Assembly: GCA_039621445.1 (NCBI GenBank)
Contig: CP154954.1
Coordinates: 22,456,954 to 22,520,953 of the forward strand
DNA from: Euglena gracilis
Taxonomy: Eukaryota
Reading direction: 5' to 3'
DNA length: 64,000 nt
A program made the position numbers and the translations under genes. Of this stretch, positions 42,545-64,000 are shown piece by piece (position 1 is the first letter of the stretch; every line of letters begins with the position of its first letter). Below the pieces are notes generated by a model, which worked only from the letters and a program-made list of their open reading frames with translations, had not been told where the DNA came from and did not search any database.

Positions 42545-43629
42545 GGGGCGATCTTCTGTCAAAAGAAGCCTGGACTGGGTTCCCCAATACAGATTGAGGC
42601 GGAAAGCCAGCCTCCCACCCGACCCGGACGACCACAGCGGCAGGGTTTCAAAGAAAACGGCACGGATGGTCGTTCCTTCGATGGCACGGAACCAACAAAG
42701 CGGCCGTGCAATTGACTGGCGGCCCTCTGGGGCACCTTCAAGTGGCTGCCTTTGAGACCCTCACGTGGGTCAGCAGGAAAACAAAACAAACTTGAGCTGG
42801 GGCTCATCTTCTTTGGGGGGCGGGGAGTGAGGTGCTGCTCAAAGCCAATGGACAGCGTGGCACATCACAAAGCACCGTACGTCAACGTAGTGGTCCAGGG
42901 GAGTGGGCAAGACGAGAGAGGGAGCGAGAGGTCAGCTGCGAAGCAGAGGCAGGTTTCATCAGCTGCACATCAATGAATATGCAGCCTGCAGAGCGGTGGA
43001 AGATGAACAATGCAACAGGAAAAGATCGCAATAAGTCAGCAACCAGGGAGGGAGGAAGGGATGAATGTTTTCTGCATGGCTGGACTGGTTGGAATTGGAG
43101 CCAGCTGTGACACAAAAATCTGCACCTGGAACCAAAAAAAAAAAACTGGGCAATTGTCCCCCCAAATTATTCAAAATTCAAAGCAAATATTGTTGTGCCC
43201 AATACCCCCACCCCCACAATTAATAATACCCGGGGTAACTTATTTGGGCATCTGAAATTGGGGCCAGGGGGGAATTATTTGCGCCAATGACACGCTGCGT
43301 AAAAATTACAGAACTTCAAAGGGAAAAAACACCAGGTAATGTTCGAGAATGTGCCGTTGACACGGGGGGCAGAAAGGGGGAGGAACCTTCCCTCTTCCTC
43401 CAGCAACCAAACCTCTCTCCTGGAAAATAAGCGCGGAGAAGCTTTCGACTAAACGCCCAAGAAAGTAAATCACAATTGTCCGAAACGCAACTAGCTGCCA
43501 TTTTGGGGAAAAGCGGGTGCACCCTCATGGTCGTGGCGTTTCAGAGGGCTCTTGTGGATATACCGGAAACAAACAAAAGAGAATCCTAACATCTGGGGCC
43601 CTCTCTGCCCCCCGACAGGTGTGGCGTGC

Positions 43630-59849
<16,220 letters not shown>

Positions 59850-59865
59850 CGTGGGTTACAGCGCA

Positions 59866-59890
59866 CTCTGGTGGCGAGCGGGGTATGGCG
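59866..59890 (-). promoter_or_regulatory. Candidate spliced-leader trans-splice acceptor upstream of the UBL-UFD1 start codon
   Basis: C-rich tract ending CCACCAG about 18 nt upstream of the ATG. SL trans-splicing is known in euglenozoans. Not verifiable here. Confidence 0.3.
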
Positions 59891-62800
59891 GGAGTATGCC
59901 CTGAATTTGCAAAACCCCAAGGCAAGAAGGAACCTGGACACAGGGAAGAGATGGCAAACAAAATCGCAGCATGGCAAGCCTGGGCAATACGGAAGGGAAC
60001 GCAGCTTCCAGACATATGTTCCAGCAAATCAGCAAATGGGGCTGGCAAGGTCCCTGGCATCCTGGTATCGTCTCCACCCCTCCCAATAGAAGTGGGGCTT
60101 TTACAAAGGCAGGATCGAAATAAATATAGGAAATTTCATTGTGCAACATTATCTGATATGCAACACCGTGCATATTTGTACAATCATTTACACGGTGCCG
60201 CCCACTCTTTTTCCAAAAAAAAACATTTGTGCTGTATGCTCATATTTGTGTGCATGTTCATCGATCCAGTCACCCATCGTCCATTGCACACAGAAAACAC
60301 TCACATGTAAAGCGCCCCAGATTGCAGTGTGCACCTCTTCTTGGATTTTGCTTGCCTGGTTTTTGTCGATTTCCTTCAAAATTTGGGTGTTTGTGTGGTT
60401 CGGGGGGGGGGTTGAAGTTGCATAATTTGCATTTTTGAACAATGAAAATTTTTGAGGAAATGTGGATTTCTTGTTTATTTGGCCTCCCAAGTTTTGCATT
60501 TTTTAAGGGGTTGCACAGGGAAATTTCTCTTCTACCAGAAACCACAGACAAATTGAAATTCTATACACTTGTGTTAATTATTTCAGTTGCTGCACAATGA
60601 AATACAAAATGTGTGCAAATTTGCACCATTTGTGTCATATTTCTCACAAATGTGTTATATTTGTTATATTTTTTAAAAAAAAATTTCATTAGAAAAACAA
60701 ATGTGCAATGTAGCTTCTTCCTCATGGTGGAAAAGAATGTACCCATCCACCACCCCTGGGGGGAAGAGGCTATTGTGGGAACAAAATCCAGGAGACAAAG
60801 GTTGTGGTCTCCTCCAAAGAGGTGTCTGATCTTATCGTGTCGGAAAAGAGTTTTAGGCCCAAAAAATCTCTTTTCCGACGCACCGAAAAAAAGATTAGAT
60901 ACTGCTTTGGAGCAGACCACAACTGACACCCCACCACAAATCCACGGCAAACCCCTAACCCAAACCAAATCCCAAAAAAATCTTAACAAAACCACTGCTG
61001 CTAACGCGGATAGACTTTGGTTCATATGGATGCGTGTTCCTCGAGCACAAGCAATCCCCTTTGGAACAAGAAAAATCCAACCCAAACCGTCGTCAAACTT
61101 TCTTGGAGTGCTTTTCAATGAGTTCAAAAATTGAAAAATCCTGCTTACCCCCCCAGGAAGCTGTCACCGGGCAGGTTGGCCAGTTGAAGGGACCCTGACA
61201 GTTTCCTGAGCAGGACCTTGACAGGTTCTCAGGCATGACAATTTCCTGGAGGGGGGTTTTGTTGACAAATGCACACATGGGGGGAAGAAAGCGTTAGCCC
61301 CAGGGGGGGGGGGTTGGTAGACAAATGCACACATCAGGGGGGGGAAGAAAGCGTTAGCCCAGCGTCAAAAAAAAGTACAAAAATGCGCAAAAAAAGGCAA
61401 AAAAATGTGAATAAATGCAAAAATGCAAAATGCAAAAATCTAAGTGAATAAATGCAAAAAAACACAAACAAAAATTACCTAAAAATACAAAAAAAAAATG
61501 GCACCAAATCCACCAAGAGTTTTACGGAAATATCAGGGAAAATCAGTCTCAAAAACTTGCAATTTTCAAAAAATGCAAAAAATGCAAAAATGGTGAAAAA
61601 ATGCGAAAATTGGGTAAACTACAAAAAACTTCACCAAAGAAAAAACTTCACAAAAAAAGCAAAAAATGTACTGAAAAAAAAGCGCAAAAATATGCATTTT
61701 TGGGGGGGAAAAGCAAAAAAAAATGAGAAATGCATTCCCCCTCTGCACATATCAGCATATCCCTGCCACACAGTTGTACCGTCTCGCCGGGTCCAAGAGC
61801 TGCGGCTTCCCAAACCTCCCCTTCCTTTGATGTTGCCTCCCTTCCGGGAGGCTGCTCGCCGACCACTTCCAAAAGTGGGACACGCGTTGCAGAGAAAAGG
61901 CTCGTCAGAATCAGTGGCGTGCACATAAGCAGGGCAACGCAGACAGGGGTCACAGATGGTAACGGTCACACGGGTCAGAGATATGCGCTGACAAAGCACA
62001 GAGGCAAAATCGCCCCAGGAGAAGGAGGTGTGGTGTGGGTTGTGCGCCCGAGGTCAGGTAAGCAGGGGTGTCGCAGATTTTTTTTTTGCTGAAACATCTG
62101 AGGGTGAGCTGCAATTTCTCAAGGCAAAACACTGTTGTATTCTCAAAAACGCCATCCGGCGTTGGTAGGAAATACAAAGTAAGAACATTGTGTTGAGTGT
62201 TGTGGAGATCCTTTAGGGCTGTTATTATTTTCTTAAATAAGAAAGCAAGCACACTAAAAAGCAGTTGCCACTAATTCTGTCGCTCACCAAAACCCGCGAA
62301 GCTCAGCTGCATGAGTGGAGAGGGCGTGTTCCGTGGACAAGGGAAGGGAGGTAGCGAACTGCGCAAGAAACCACTGTGGGGCGACAAACCGGATAGTGCC
62401 TGGGCACTATCCACAAACAGTGCAAGACATCGAGGAAAAGGAAGGGGAGCAAGGCCGTTTAGCACAAACCGGGCAAAAGTGGCGTCAATCCTTTGCCCTT
62501 CCAAAGTATTGATCTCATGGCACCCACTCTGCAAAACCACTGGCCACAGAACCAGTCAGACCAATCCAACTGATAGACCCATCAGAACTGTTGGTTTGCC
62601 GGATCGCTCTTTCCGAGATTCAAAGAACTGATGGCAATAATCATTTTAAACAATTACCCCTGCCCCTGCTCTGATCCTTGGATGTGTGTTTGGAGTGAAA
62701 GTCAGCAAAGCATGGCAACGACAGTGACTGGATGCCCACAAGGCACAAACATGGCCTTCTTCGGAATGGGGCAGACTGTGACCTTTGTGTGCGGGTTATC

Positions 62801-63155
62801 CGGTGGGGCCGTGCTTCACCGTGTAGAGTCTATTGAGGGTGGTGGCGGGGTTGTCGTACTTGTATGTAAACGGTGGGCTGCGAGGAAACCACACCCATTG
62901 CAATTTGTTTCTAAGAACCAGCACCCCCCCCAAAAGACGGCGGTTTGCACACATATGATTTCCATCATAATTAATTTCAATGCACCAACTTCAAATAGTT
63001 GGTTAGTGGTCAATTATTGGTGGGTGGTGTCTCATCTCAGAATCTGGGAGGGTGGCAACTGTTTCATTGGTTGTGAGATGCCACATCGATTCGGGTAGGT
63101 TGTTGGCCCCGGGAAGAGGTGTAAAAAATGAAAAAAAAATATGGATAATTGTATA

Positions 63156-63855
63156 CTGTCATAGGAAAAAATAACATCCGGAAAAAATAACATCTGGAAA
63201 AAATAACATCTGAATAAATAACATCCAGAGAGGCTTGTCAAAAGGCACTTAAAGGTTATCTAGTTCCAGCGCTTCAGTCACCCGGACTGCGCCATTGTTT
63301 AGGTGGAGGGAGTGCAAGGCATTGCAAAAAAACTGGAGCGCACACCAGACATTTACCTACACCCCCCCACGAGTCATTGCCAGTTTCCCCCCCCCAGGAC
63401 CCCCACAGGACAGGGTCTTGGGGGGGGGGACTGGCCATAAATGCCCCCCACACACCCCACACTTGACCAGTGTCGGCTTAAGGCAGGTGGGAGGGTCGGA
63501 CTCCCCCCCCCGGTCCAGGAGGGGGGGGGTCGGGCATATATTGCAATAACTGGGTGATCCCAACACAAACAAATAGCATCTGGTATGAGAGTATCCAGAG
63601 CATAACCCATGAAACGGTACAGTCTTTACTTCAAAAAGGCAAGGATTGAATGCAAGCTTGATGGACAGCTTCGTCCTTTGGTAATGATTGTCACAGTCGT
63701 TCGTGTTCTTCATCCCACATCCTATCCACTTTATACATCTTATCTATTTTCGACTTATTTCTGGAGCAAATGAAGAAAAAATAACATCTGACTAAATAAC
63801 ATCTAAAAGCGGCTTAGATGTTATTTTTTCCGGATGTTATTTTTTCCTATGACAG
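63156..63855. mobile_element. Tc1/mariner-type MITE
   Basis: Perfect 40-bp TIR CTGTCATAGGAAAAAATAACATCCGGAAAAAATAACATCT, flanked by TA on both sides. Confidence 0.88.
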
Positions 63856-64000
63856 TACCCAGAAAAGCAAAAGCTGCTTTCACAAGGCATTTTAAACATT
63901 TCTGTCAACAACAAATAATGGGCCTGGTTTTTTTTGGTGCTTCTTCTTTATTTCTCCCACCCAGGGGGTATAAAAATAAAATTTTTAGAGGTTATCAGCA

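Noticed and set aside
60561-63098. Several 90-190-aa ORFs on both strands upstream of the UBL gene
   Set aside because: No recognisable motif and no consistent exon chain. They could be part of a neighbouring gene, but I cannot support a call.

Overview
Intron-rich, repeat-rich eukaryotic nuclear DNA, very probably from a euglenid. Three minus-strand genes can be rebuilt by hand from short exons whose splice phases mostly agree. (1) 43630-59849 encodes a UBL + coiled-coil + UFD1-like + PPC-like + TRAF-type zinc-finger protein. (2) 34559-41967 encodes a SET-domain (SMYD-like) methyltransferase. (3) About 173-29499, open at both ends, encodes a membrane protein whose Pro/Ala/Glu-rich stalk comes from a tandem array of symmetric phase-1 mini-exons. 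Besides GT-AG introns, genes 1 and 2 contain introns with no GT-AG boundaries whose ends base-pair, mostly in the +4/-6 register of euglenid nonconventional introns. Introns and intergenic DNA carry many non-autonomous hAT-like MITEs with CAG...CTG-type termini and 8-bp target duplications. That geometry matches the nonconventional-intron register (3 nt + 5 nt = one 8-bp TSD), suggesting a MITE-to-intron (introner) route. Also present: a 2.9-kb interrupted CTG/CAG tract, many microsatellites, a fold-back and a probably artefactual degraded repeat copy. All gene models are manual inferences without transcript data.
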